A stretch of DNA of 46,724 nt from Octopus bimaculoides (Eukaryota), in assembly GCF_001194135.2 (NCBI RefSeq), contig NC_068986.1, positions 94,715,876 to 94,762,599 of the forward strand, written 5' to 3'. Both the position numbers and the translations under genes were made by a program. Positions 24,785-36,479 of the stretch are shown piece after piece; within the stretch, counting starts at the first letter, position 1, and the number at the start of each line of letters is the position of its first letter. Below the pieces are notes generated by a model. The model was not told the origin of the DNA, ran no database searches, and saw only the letters and a list, made by a program, of their open reading frames with translations.

Positions 24785-25629
24785 TTAACACTCACCTGCA
24801 TAACATTTGCTATTTCCATGGCTGTCTACCTTCATCCTTGTCTGTGTTACTGGTCTCCACAGCAGCTCCTTTGATGCAACAAACTCTACACAGTACATGT
24901 CTTTGTTTGGTGCCACATTGCGTACAAAGCGAATTACAAGATCTTGAGGTGGGTGATCACATCTGAGTGCCTGGCGCACCCTTTTCTCAATATCTGCCTC
25001 GGGGCTTTCACCTTTGTAGAAGCAGTAGCAATAGACATGAGGCAGGAGACACGTCTTCTGTTCCAGCAGAGACACTATGGGGCTGGTGACAGGGATATCG
25101 CTGCACATGGACTGAAAGACATCTAAGAATTCAACAGCAATGGCGGGTAGATTCATGACAATGTGGAACGCAGGAGAAGTCCAATTTTTTGTGACGGCAG
25201 CATTGCCAATGTCTGTGCAAATACCACCAATAACAGCACCAATAATATCTCCACCACTATTACAACCTCCAATGTTGCCACCAACAGCTTTTTCATTATT
25301 ATTCTCGGTGTAACTGACATTGCTGCAATTCACACCGCTGTGGATAGCTTCTGCATCGATCAGTTGCAACCATCGACAACACATGTCCTCCTTCACGCTG
25401 TTTCTGATGAACTTCCGACCATCCAGGTTGTAGGCACAGAAGTCAGATTTGATCCTGTTCATGGCTGCATTGTGCACCAGGGATTTGTATGACTCAGGAT
25501 TCAGATCATTGGCTAGCACAACACACCCCTTTTTTGCTGCAGGGATGGCAAATGGACCTACACCAGCAAACACGTCATACACCACGTCACCCTTCTCTAA
25601 TTTTGACACAATCCTCTCATGTTCCATGG
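24785..25629 (-). CDS. TRMT5: TRMT5 coding exon 4 (SAM-binding catalytic domain); terminal unless the donor at 24796 is used
   Basis: Acceptor with a long pyrimidine tract, TTTGCAG|CC, completes Ser (RLSMEHERIV). It carries the motifs DVFAGVGPFAIPAAKK, ANDLNPES, NLDGR, HIVMNLP, HVYCY and VRNVAPNKDMYC of Trm5/Met-10+. The stop TAA is at 24787-24785. Confidence 0.95.
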
Positions 25630-25719
25630 CTGCAAAGGGAAAGAAAGAAAAATAAGCTCAGGTTCAATACACACCTCTTTTTTATACAGAAACTAGTCTG
25701 AAGAAACATTCAACATAGG

Positions 25720-25882
25720 CATAGGAGTGGCTGTGTGGTAAGTAGCTTGCTTACCAACCACATGGTTCCGGGTTCAGTCCCACTGCATGGCACCTTGGGC
25801 AAGTGTCTTCTACTATAGCCTCGGGCCGACCAAAGCCTTGTGAGTGAATTTGGTAGACGGAAACTGAAAGCAGCCCGTTGTA

Positions 25883-25933
<51 letters not shown>

Positions 25934-26140
25934 TTGTTTGTGTGTCTGCGTTTGTCCCCACAACATCGCTTGACAACCAATGCTGGTGTGTTTACGTCCC
26001 CGCAACTTAGCGGTTCGGCAAAAAGTGACCGATAGAATAAGTACTAGGCTTCCAAACAATAAGTCCTGGGGTCGATTTGCTCGACTAAAGGCGGTGCTCC
26101 AGTATGGCTGCAGTCAAATGACTGAAACAAGTAAAAGAAT
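25720..26140 (+). mobile_element. tRNA-headed SINE with an internal (TA)n/(TG)n microsatellite (other copies 12303-12930, 18425-18655, 43759-44045; heads on - at ~23400-23500 and ~28260-28390)
   Basis: The head is GGAGTGGCTGTGTGGTAAGTAGCTTG...GGTTCAGTCCCA, followed by a central TA/TG run and the shared tail GGCGGTGCTCCAGCATGGC...GAAACAAGTAAAAGAG. Confidence 0.8.
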
Positions 26141-29100
26141 AATGTTGGCCCTAAACAAACCCATTTTTATCAGTGGAAAGAGGTGATCCATATTAGTCTG
26201 GCCTGTATCCTTTGACCTGTCCATGATGGGAGACCCTACTAAGAGATTGTTGCTGGCATTGCTCTCAGGGTCACTGAGGTATACCGGCCACCATACCACA
26301 ACAAAGATTGGATCTTGTGGTGGAAATATATCTGTATATATAAAAGCCAAAAGTGGAGTGCATGGCATAGTGGTGAGGGTGTTGAACTTATGATCATATG
26401 ATTATGGTTTCAATTCCTGGACTAAGCAATGCATTGTGTTCTGGAGTAAAACACTTCATTTCACATTGCTCCAGTAAATTCAGCCGGTAAAAATGAGGAG
26501 TCCGGCAATGGACTGGCGTCCTGTCCAGGGAGGAATATATATACATCAGAGAAACGAGGAAACCAGCCCTATGCTCCTTACAGAATAATGTGGATTAACC
26601 ATATAAGTCAAAAATGCAGTGAATTGGCAGAGTCCTGCCATGTGGTATTAGCTCCAAATCTCTTGGCTCTGAATTCCACTCATGCCAAAGTCAACTTCAC
26701 CGTTTATCTTTACAGGATCAAAAATGAACTAATCTGGGATAATGAATTAGTGAAATTGTTAAAAGATCATATAAAATGTCTGTTCCAGCCTTTTGTGTTC
26801 AAGCAGCAACTCATGAGATGACACTATAGTATGAACCCAAATCAGCAGCCTTGCCTTTAGATAAACTTCGAAAGTGTAGAGAGAAGAGATTTGCAACCAT
26901 GATGGAACACAGTGAGAGAGCATCAGCAGCACACACTGCAATAATGCGATCTGAGCGGCGACCTCTAATTCAAAAGATGAGAGAGGGATGGATCCCAAAG
27001 GCACCAGACTTCGATAGGAGATCCCACAGCAAACACAGTTGAAGATTTTGCTGCATGAGCGTGGCTGTTGCCAGTACTGCCTGACTGGCCCTCGTGCCTG
27101 TGGCACGTAAAAGCACCCACTACACTCTCGGAGTGGTTGGTGCTAGGAAGGGCATCCAGCTGTAGAAATTCTGCCAAATCAGATTGGAGCCTGGTGTAGT
27201 CATCTGGTCCACCAGTCCTCAGTCAAATCGTCCAACCCATGCTAGCATGGAAAGCAGACGTTAAACGATGATGATGATGATGACAGTAGAATCCTTCATT
27301 TAGGGCTTTAGGCAGAAGCAATGGTATAATCTAAAAGATTGGATGGTGAAGACTTAACTAAAAATACACTTCATAGATACTCCTAGTTGTGTTTACATGA
27401 GACAAACCTCCAACCTCTCAACTAGTATCTTAAAATTCCGATCATTTGTTCGTTTTTCATCTCCAAACATGCACAAAACAGCAAATAAGCGTATGGAATA
27501 TCGATACGAAATTTGTTTCAAGGGAAATAACTCTGTTGTTCCTATGTATGAGTTACTTCCCTTGATTCGTTAAATTTTTTTTTTGATCTTTAACATTCTG
27601 TATATGAGATATCTTTAACATAAAGCTAAAGATTTGAAAGGGATGATTGATTTACGATCATGTACTCGACTTGAACTTTAATTTATCGATTACGGTAGGA
27701 TGAAAGGTTAAATTGACCTCAATGACAAATGAATTTAGACGCTAAAGTGCTGGAACAAATATTACAAGATATTTCTTCCATGTCTGGTACAAGGAGTCCA
27801 AGGTGGTGAGCTGGCAGAATCGTTAGCATGCTGGTCGAAATGCTTAGCAGTATTTCGTCTGTCTTTACATTCTGAGTTCAAATACCGCCAAGGTCGATTT
27901 TGCCTTTCATCCTTTCGAGGGTCAATAAATTAAGTATCAGTTGCGTACTGGGGTCGATTTAATCGACTGGCCCTTTCCCTCAAAATTTCAGGCCTTGTGC
28001 CTACAATAGAAAGGATTATTATTATCATCGTTTAACCCATACTTTTCCATGTTTACATAAGCCAGACAGAATTGCGATAGAAACTCTGCATAGCCGGATA
28101 CCATTCCTATTACCAACCCTCATCTGTTTCCAAGCAAAGCAATATTTTCACATGCATAGACGTTTCTCATAGAAAACTGGAGATGCTCATCAACTGTGGT
28201 GATACTCATTTACAATTATCAAGTCAAAGGTACACACACAAGCGCACGCACGCCGGGTTTCTATCGAATTCCCTCATAAGGCTTTGGTCAGCCTAGGACA
28301 ACAGTAGAAGACATTTAGCCAAGGTGTTACACAGTGGGACTGAACTAAAGATTATATGATTGGGAAGCAAGCCTCTTAAACCATACAGCTATGCCTACAG
28401 TTATTTAAAAAATTTTTTGGAAAATATTTTTAAAACTTCAGAAAATTGAAATGTATGCATGTGTGTGTGTGTGTGTGTGTGTGCGTGTGTGCGTGTGCGT
28501 GTGTGCGTGCGTGTGTGCGCTGCTGTCTCCTTGCTTTGACATGTGCTAGTTGTGAGCGTCAGTCATGCAATCAGTGTATTTCATTTCCAATGTTCCGTGT
28601 AAACATGCCTGGTTGGAGGGAAATATTACCTTACTTGGAAATAAATAAGGGTCGGCAACAGGAAAGGCACCTGGCCATGGAAAATCTGCTTCAACAAATT
28701 TCATCCAACCCATGCAAGCATGGAAAAAAATAAATGAAAGATAAAACAATGATGATGACGATGATGATGATGGGCAACAGTTTCTAATATAGAAACGAAC
28801 ACTAAGATTTGATGAGTCAATCAAATCAACCTCAGTATTTGNNNNNNNNNNNNNNNNNNNNNNNNNNNNNNNNNNNNNNNNNNNNNNNNNNNNNNNNNNN
28901 NNNNNNNNNNNNNNNNNNNNNNNNNNNNNNNNNNNNNNNNNNNNNNNNNNNNNNNNNNNNNNNNNNNNNNNNNNNNNNNNNNNNNNNNNNNNNNNNNNNN
29001 NNNNNNNNNNNNNNNNNNNNNNNNNNNNNNNNNNNNNNNNNNNNNNNNNNNNNNNNNNNNNNNNNNNNNNNNNNNNNNNNNNNNNNNNNNNNNNNNNNNN

Positions 29101-29267
29101 NNNNNNNNNNNNNNNNNNNNNNNNNNNNNNNNNNNNNNNNNNNNNNNNNNNNNNNNNNNNNNNNNNNNNNNNNNNNNNNNNNNNNNNNNNNNNNNNNNNN
29201 NNNNNNNNNNNNNNNNNNNNNNNNNNNNNNNNNNNNNNNNNNNNNNNNNNNNNNNNNNNNNNNNNNN

Positions 29268-29609
29268 CACATGAAAAGAACCATTCGAGTATGATCGTTG
29301 CCAGCATCACCTTACCGGCACATTTGCTGGTGGCACATGAAAAACAACATTTATTCTCTCGAACAGGTAGCATGTAAAAGCAACTTTTGAGTGTGGTCGT
29401 TGCCAGAACTGCCTGACTGGCCCTCGTGCCAGTGGCATGTAAAAAGCACTCACTACACTCTTGGAGTGGTTGGCGTTAGGAAGGGCATCCAGCTGTAGAA
29501 ACTTTGCCAGATCAGATTGAGCCTGGTGCAGCCTCTGGCTCCCTCAGTCAACCCGTCCAACCCATGCCAGCATGGAAAGCGGACGCTAAACGATGATGAT
29601 GATGATGAC
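29268..29609 (+). mobile_element. RTE-related 3' tail repeat (related copies at ~14160-14290, 14790-14950, 20395-20710, 27060-27283 on +; 23680-23945, 28545-28772 on -)
   Basis: The copies share GGAGTGGTTGGCGTTAGGAAGGGCATCCAGCTGTAGAAA...CCAACCCATGCCAGCATGGAAAGCGGACG(T)TAAACGATGATGATG, which resembles the 3' UTR and (GAT)n tail of the RTE copy. Confidence 0.75.
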
Positions 29610-29925
29610 TAATAGTTTTGCCAACTCGCTCCCATAGCAACAACAACAATCCTTTCTAACTTTGGTACAAGGCCAGCAATTTTGAGGGAAAGACACATGT
29701 TGATTACATCAACCCCAGTACTTACAGGTATTTGTTTTATTAACCCTCAGAAAGATGAAAGGCAAAGTCAACCGTGGTGAAATTTGAACTCTGAACATAC
29801 AAGGCAAGAAGGAATGTTGCTAAGCATTTTGTCCGATGTGCTAACCGTTCTGGCAACTCACCACCTTAGCAACAGCAACACTAATAGTCTCAACTATAAC
29901 ATAATGAATAAATATATTTACTCAC

Positions 29926-30114
29926 AAAGTCTGGAATTCCAGTAAACTTTTGAAAAATCAAACTGGTAGATACATTTATTCTCTCGAACAGTGGCATAGA
30001 AATCGTCTTCTCCAGCCAACAGTTCCATCTGGAAATTACGGAAGGTATTGTCAATAATATTGGTCTTGTTAACTACTGTCCTCACACTTGGTACCTTGTC
30101 CAAAATAACTTGTC
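29926..30114 (-). CDS. TRMT5: TRMT5 coding exon 3
   Basis: Acceptor TTGCAG|GA completes Gly (phase 1). The translation [35 protein letters not shown]...[12 protein letters not shown] is a highly conserved Trm5 segment. Donor CTTT|GTGAGT (phase 1). Confidence 0.95.
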
Positions 30115-30884
30115 CTGCAAGTCAAAAATTACAAAACGAAAAAAAAAACGTTAACAGAGAAACAAGCAAATAACAGAATGATTTACGTACAAGAACACAG
30201 ATATTTCATGAGTGCAGGGGTAGATATGGTTGATTATATGAGACCCAGGACTCATAAGGATAGAGTTTAATCTGGTTCCCATCAGGTAAAAAAAGAAAGG
30301 TAAAAGTTACCTTCTCAAGTCATGCCAACTCATAAGGGTCGGCTCCCTGATTTCTAGCATATATACTCCCCACCTGTATAGGACACAGGATTACTCATTT
30401 CTGCCAGCTGAGTGGACTGGAGCAACGTGAAATGAAGTGTTTTGCTCAAGAACACAATGTGTCCCCAGCTCAGGAATTGAAACCACAATCTTATGATTAT
30501 GAGTTCAACACACTAACCACTAAGCCACGTGCCACCACATATTTAGTGGGTATAGGGATAGATACAGTTGATTATATGAGACCCCGGGACTGATAAGGAC
30601 AGAGCTTAATCTGGTTTCCATCAGGTAGAAGTTAATGAGATTATAAAAGGGTGGTAGTCCATCACAGGGGTTAACTTCCCAGCCATTGCTTGAACTCATT
30701 TACATCTGAGTGAACTGGAGTAACATGAAATGAAGTGTTTTGCTCAAGAACACAAAGCACCACTCAGCCTGGCGATTTGAACCCATGATCGCAAGATCAG
30801 GAGTGCAACACATTAACCACTCAGCCATGTGCCTTCTTAACTAATAATTCTATCAGCAACCCTTGGAAAATTGAAAATCAAACC

Positions 30885-33455
30885 ATGCCAGAAAACAGGA
30901 AAGCTGGCTGCTTATAAATGCAAAAAGATTTCCCAGGTGAAGAATGCATCCCTCCCTCAACATAGGTTAGTCATTAGTGACTCCAGAATTAGGGCTAAAA
31001 GGCTTCCAAGAAGACAACCTGTGTGGAAAAGAAAGGTCTGGAAGCCCTAGGGTCCTCTGAATGGCCAGAGATTTAGAGATGTGTTACTTGAAGCATTTGA
31101 TGAAAAAAAGGAGGATATGGAGTCATATAATGTGGAGGACAACTGGAGGTTCCTAGGGGATAACCTGCTGAGGGCCACTAACCCAATTTGTGACTGGTGT
31201 AAAGTCCCTTCTCAATCTAAGGTGACATGGTTGTGGAACAGTGTAGTTAACAGGGCCATTAGAGAAAAGAATCAGGCCTGGAAGGACTGGAAGTGTGGTG
31301 GTAGCAGGGAACAGTATCATATAGTCAGAAGGGAAGCTAGGAGACAGATATAGTTAGCCAGGAAAGAAGCAGAAAAGAAGAAGTTTGCCAATGTTCTGCA
31401 GTGTGACTTAAAGTGCTTCAGATTGCGAGACAGTGTGTGAGAGAAAATCATGATGTCATAGGAGAGGAGTGGGTCCACATGGATGATGGTTCACTTGCTT
31501 TTAGTAATTCTGTAAAAAAAGAGGCTTGGAAATGCCATTATGAAAGGCTGCTAAATGTAGAGAATGCATGGGAGAAGGAGAGTCTGCCCACTGTCAACCC
31601 AACTGAGGGACCAGCTATCCGAATTGATAGTAGCTCGGTAGATAAAGCAATTAAGGATATGAAGACAGAGAAAGCCCCTGACCCATCAGGAATCACTGCT
31701 GAGAAGCTTAAAATATCTGGCAGAGTAGTCACCTGTATTGTTAATCAGGTAGTCCACAAGGGAGTCATACCCAACAATTGGTGTAACAGCATTATAGTCA
31801 ACTGCTACAAAGCAAAGGTGATGCTTTAGACAGAAATAACTACAGAGAAATCAAATTGCTGGACCAGTTGATGAAAGTCACAAAAAGGGTCATAGCTCAA
31901 TTAATTAGGAAGAGAGTTAGCATAGATGAGATGCAGTTCAGATTCGTGCCAGGTAGAAGCACGACTGATGCTATACTCTTGGTAAGGCAACCACAGGGGA
32001 AATATTTGGCCAAAAATAAACCTCTGTATTTGGCTTTTGTCGACATAGAAAAAGCCTTTGACAGGGTCCCCTGCTCCCTTATCTAGTGGTCAATGCAGAA
32101 GCTAAGGATAGATTAGTTAATGAGAGCTGTACAAGCCATGTATAGGGATGCTGCCAGTAAGGTGATGGTTGGCAACGAATATAGCAATGAATTCAGTGTA
32201 CAGGTAGGAGTTCACCAAGGATCAGTTCTCAGCTACCGCTTGCTTATCTTCCGGGTCTTAAGAGGAATTCAAGACCGGCTACCCTTGGGAGCTCCTCTAT
32301 GCTGATGACGTAGCTCCTCTATGCTGAATCTCTACCTGACATAGAGAAGAAATTTCAGGCGTGGAAGCAAGGCCTAGAATCTAAGTGTCTTAGAGTTACT
32401 TTAACAAAAGCCAAAGGCCTAGTAAGTAGGAAATCAGACAAACCACAAGTCCCTTCAGGGAGATGGCCCTGCTTGATGTAAGAAAGGTGTTGATAGAAAC
32501 TCCATACTGTGTACGCAGTGCAAGCTTTGGACACATAAGAGGTGTAGTGGAATCTCAGGAAGGGTAATGGAGAAATAGTCTCTGTGTGATGAAAATGTGC
32601 AGGTACAATATGCACTAAAATGCAGACAATAGACTACCTGAAATATATGGGGGATCATTAGAATAGACAGCTTCTGTTACCTAGGCAACCATGTTAGCAG
32701 TGGAAGAGGAAGTTCTGAAAGTGTAGTTGCTAGAATAAGAACAGGCTGGACAAAGTTCATAGAGCTTCTACCTTTGTTGGTGACCAAGGGCATCTCCCTC
32801 AGAGTGAAAGCAGACTGTATGATGCTTGTGTACGTACAGCTATGCTACATGGCAGTGAAACATGGGCTTTGACTACAGAAGACTTGCAAAGGCTTGTAAG
32901 AAATGAAGCCAGCATGCTCTGCTGGACAGGTAATGTCAATGTGCACACATGACAGAGTGTTAATGATTTAAGAGAAAAACTGGATATAAGAGGTGTGCAA
33001 GAGAGAAGACTGCAGGGGTTTGGTTATGTGATGCATATGGATGAGGGCAACTGGATAAAGAAGTGCCGAGCTCTAATTGTGAAGGGAACCTGTGGAAGTG
33101 GTAAACCCAGAAAGGTGTGGGATGAAGTGGTGAGAAGGGATCTTTGGACACTGGGCTTTACTGAGGAAATGACAAGGGACCGAGAGTTGTGGTGATTTGC
33201 TGTACTTGGGAAGGCGTTTCAAGCTAAGTAAAATTGCTATCATCCATCCATACATACAGGCTTGTCCTTTACAAGTGCTGGTGCTGCATAAACGCACCCA
33301 TGCCGGTGGCATGTAATAAGCAGCCAGCACACTCTGTGAAATGGTTAGCATAGAATGCAATGTTGCAACAGACAACTGAAGCCTGAACAGCTCCTGTCAA
33401 ACAGTCCAATCAATGTCAGTAATGGAAAATGGGCATTAAACGATGATGATGATGA
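30885..33455 (+). mobile_element. Decayed, 5'-truncated RTE-clade LINE (end of APE domain plus RT), antisense in TRMT5 intron 2
   Basis: Frameshifted or stop-broken segments include QHRLVISD (APE end), QFRFVPGRSTTDAI, LAFVDIEKAFDRVP, GVHQGSVLS, ELLYADDV, AMLHGSETW and GKPRKVWDEVVRRDL. The 3' tail is (GAT)n at about 33440-33455. Confidence 0.9.
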
Positions 33456-33779
33456 TAGTTTAAAATTTTAGACACAAGCCCAGCAATTTCAGGGGAGGGA
33501 GGGAGGGAGTTGATCACATTCAACCCCAAAAGGATGAAAGACCAAGTGAACCTCGACAAAATTTGAACTCAGAATGTAAAGACGAAGAAATACCACTAAG
33601 CATTTTGTCTGGCATGCTAACGACTGTCAGCTCACCACCTTAATAATAATAATAATAATAATAACAATAATAATAATAANNNNNNNNNNNNNNNNNNNNN
33701 NNNNNNNNNNNNNNNNNNNNNNNNNNNNNNNNNNNNNNNNNNNNNNNNNNNNNNNNNNNNNNNNNNNNNNNNNNNAAAT

Positions 33780-33829
<50 letters not shown>

Positions 33830-34350
33830 TTCTGATCTTAATTGATTGGAAGTGTTATCATGTACATTGTTTTGTCTTGGTATAAAAAGATGGGCTACAG
33901 CAAATATTCTGCTCAATACCACAGATTTGCTTGTCAGTTGTTTGACCTTAACCAGTTGAGCATGTCCCTTGGTGGCTGACAATATGGACATCTCTGATCA
34001 TGAGCAGAAGTAGTGGGGGAGCATCATAGCCATGTGTTGAGAGGAATTCTTTGGGGTTTGAATAATTCACCTTTGGAAACATGGGTGTTTTGTTCAACAT
34101 CCTCAAACAACCCATATTCAGGGACCTTTTGAGTGGGATGGGCTACTCAACCTGAAGAAAATTCTAACTCTGCCACACCTGCGAGGTCATGAGCTGTTTA
34201 TCTTGATAGGAGATCACCATGTCGCGCACACATGGTTGTGATGCATGTACCTGGTGTACCCTTATCAGAAGGGTAGTCATAATGGGTATACTGGGCTTCG
34301 AATATTTTACCCCAGTGTCATTTTGATGGCATGCACTGCTCTCTCATTCA
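33830..34350 (+). mobile_element. (TAA)n-flanked non-coding interspersed element, copy 1
   Basis: It is closely similar to the reverse complement of 42508-43030, is preceded by (TAA)n, and ends CTCTCTCATTC(AAT)n. Confidence 0.8.
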
Positions 34351-34721
34351 ATAATAATAATAATAATAAATAATATAAATAAGCATAAAACTTAGTTTAG
34401 TATAAGTCTAGGGCATTTACCTCCCACCAAGGACAATTACCCCTGAGGACAACAGATGATGATTTAAAACTTCTTAATATATTGGAGAGGATTGTCCTAG
34501 TGGGTGGTTGTCGTTGGGGGGAATTATCCTATGGGGGAGATGTCCTAGAGGGATAATTATCCTGATATGGTTTAGTACAGCTTCAGAAAAGTGTTATTAA
34601 GGAAAACCAGAATACTTAGGAGGGTTTTTGGCATCTAAGGTTACTTGTTGTAGCTCAATGTAAGGAACAGTTTAACCTGTTGTGCATATGTAAAATAATA
34701 CAAATAATAATAATTACTAAC

Positions 34722-35106
34722 CTATAATGAATTTGTAGGGTAGAGTCTCATCTCGCAGGTTGAAATGTGCAATATGTCCAACATTGCTGAACCCAGACAC
34801 ATTGTCAAAGCCTTTTGGCAGAATGGCTCGTAGAATCTCAGAGGCATTCCAATTGTCATAATTCAACCCAACTTCTGCCCAGAACAGTGCCGTTTCAACA
34901 TCAACACCTGCTTCGAGTAGCAACTGGCGTTCCTCCTCAGAGAAGCAGTCAGCATCTCGGTACTTGGACGGGTCGAAGAGAAATAGCCGGAAGTCATCAT
35001 GATGCGGATCGGACTCAGAAAGCTCTGCAATGGGTTTGATTTTTTTGAAGTGGGCCAAGGATTTCTTCAGACGCTTGCTGAGGAGGGAGATGTGTTTACG
35101 AGGTAC
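34722..35106 (-). CDS. TRMT5: TRMT5 coding exon 2
   Basis: Acceptor TTCCAG|GTACCT (phase 0). The translation VPRK...EILRAILPKGFDNVSGFSNVGHIAHFNLRDETLPYKFIIG contains the Trm5 GHIAH(L/F)NLR motif. Donor ATAG|GTTAGT (phase 1). Confidence 0.93.
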
Positions 35107-35109
35107 CTG

Positions 35110-35148
<39 letters not shown>

Positions 35149-35149
<1 letters not shown>

Positions 35150-35366
35150 GGTTTCAAATTTTGACACAAGGGCAGCAATTTGGGGGGGGGGGATAAGTCG
35201 ATTACATCGAACTGAGTATTCAACTGGTACTTATTTTATCGACCGCCCCGATAAGATGAAAGGCAAAATCAACCTCAGCAGAATTTGAACTCAGAACGTA
35301 GGGGCAGACAAGATACCACTAAGCATTTTGCCCAGAATGCTAACAATTCCACCGGCTCGCCACCTT
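35149..35366 (-). mobile_element. AAGGCGGCGAGCTGGCAGAA-family SINE abutting the TRMT5 exon 2 acceptor. About 20 other copies, including 8963-9175+, 11770-11945+, 12475-12692-, 13215-13400-, 17100-17215+, 17240-17440-, 20720-20909+, 27805-28025+, 29650-29870-, 33465-33640-, 36020-36235-, 36260-36450-, 37765-37960-, 37975-38105-, 42160-42350-, 45795-46020+
   Basis: The copies share the core GTTCTGAGTTCAAATTC...GTCGACTTTGCCTTTCATCCTTTCGGGGTCGATAAA(A/T)TAAGTACCAGTTG and most end in a (TTA)n tail. Confidence 0.85.
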
Positions 35367-35740
35367 AATAATAACAATAATTTCTTTTATTAACCACAGG
35401 AGCACAGATGAGGTTGATATCACAAGGGCAAGGAACAATTTGTGGAGGGATTTACATAAAAGATGAAAAGAAGGAAATGAAAAAGATGGTGAAATATAAT
35501 AAAAGTATACAAAGTATGTGATGAGATGAATGATGCAGTTCTCTTGATACAGGAGAAACTTCAACTAGGGCCTGTCAAGGTATCTATCAGATCCAGAACT
35601 ATCCTGACACAGGCCCATTCCCAAATGTTGTTCTCCAATCTACAGGTGCGTGCCTATAAGAGGGCCATTCACCCTAACCATTTTACCAACTGTCACCCAT
35701 CTTTTCACAAATTCACTGGAAGGTAGCACTTCCACCCTCT
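35367..35740 (-). mobile_element. Possible L1/Tx1-type LINE 3' end remnant
   Basis: The minus frame ends PSSEFVKRWVTVGKMVRVNGPLIGTHL*, then a pyrimidine-rich UTR-like tract. The resemblance is to recalled cephalopod LINE C-termini only. Confidence 0.35.
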
Positions 35741-36479
35741 CCAGCCTAACTGTTTTGTTCAATAAATACCCTTGGCTATCTTTGTTTTCTAATATTATTT
35801 GTAATGCAATGCAGTTATGTTTCCAAACTTTATACTTCTCAACTATCTATCTATCTATCTATCTATGCATGTATGTCATTATTCAGTTTATTTCAAGATT
35901 TCTTGCCAATAGAGAAAGAACCAGTTTCTAACCTAGATCCAAGACTGACGAAATGCTGCTAAGCATTCCATCCAGCATGCTAAAGATTCTGTCAGCTCAC
36001 CACCTTAACGATAATAATAATCCTTACTACTATAGGCACAAGGCCTGAAATTTTGGGGGAGGGGTTAAGTCGATTACATCAACCAAAGTACGTAACTGGT
36101 ACTTAATTTATTGACCCCGAAAGCATGAAAGGCAAAGTCGACCTCGACAGAATTTGAATTCAGAACATAAGGACAGACGAAATGCCGCAAAGCATTTTAC
36201 CTGGTATGCTTACAATTCTGCCAGCTTGTGACCTTAATAAAAATAATAATGATAATAATGATTTCAAATTTTTCCACAAAGGCAGCCATTATATCGACCA
36301 CAGTGTTCAACTGGTACTTAATTTATCAACCCCAAAAGGATGAAAGACAAAGTCGACCTCGGTGGAATTTGAACTCAGAACGTAGCGGCAGAGAAAATAC
36401 CGCTAAGCATTTCGCTCGATGTGCTAACAATTCTAACAGCTTGCCGCTGTGAGAATAATAACGATAATGATAATAATAA

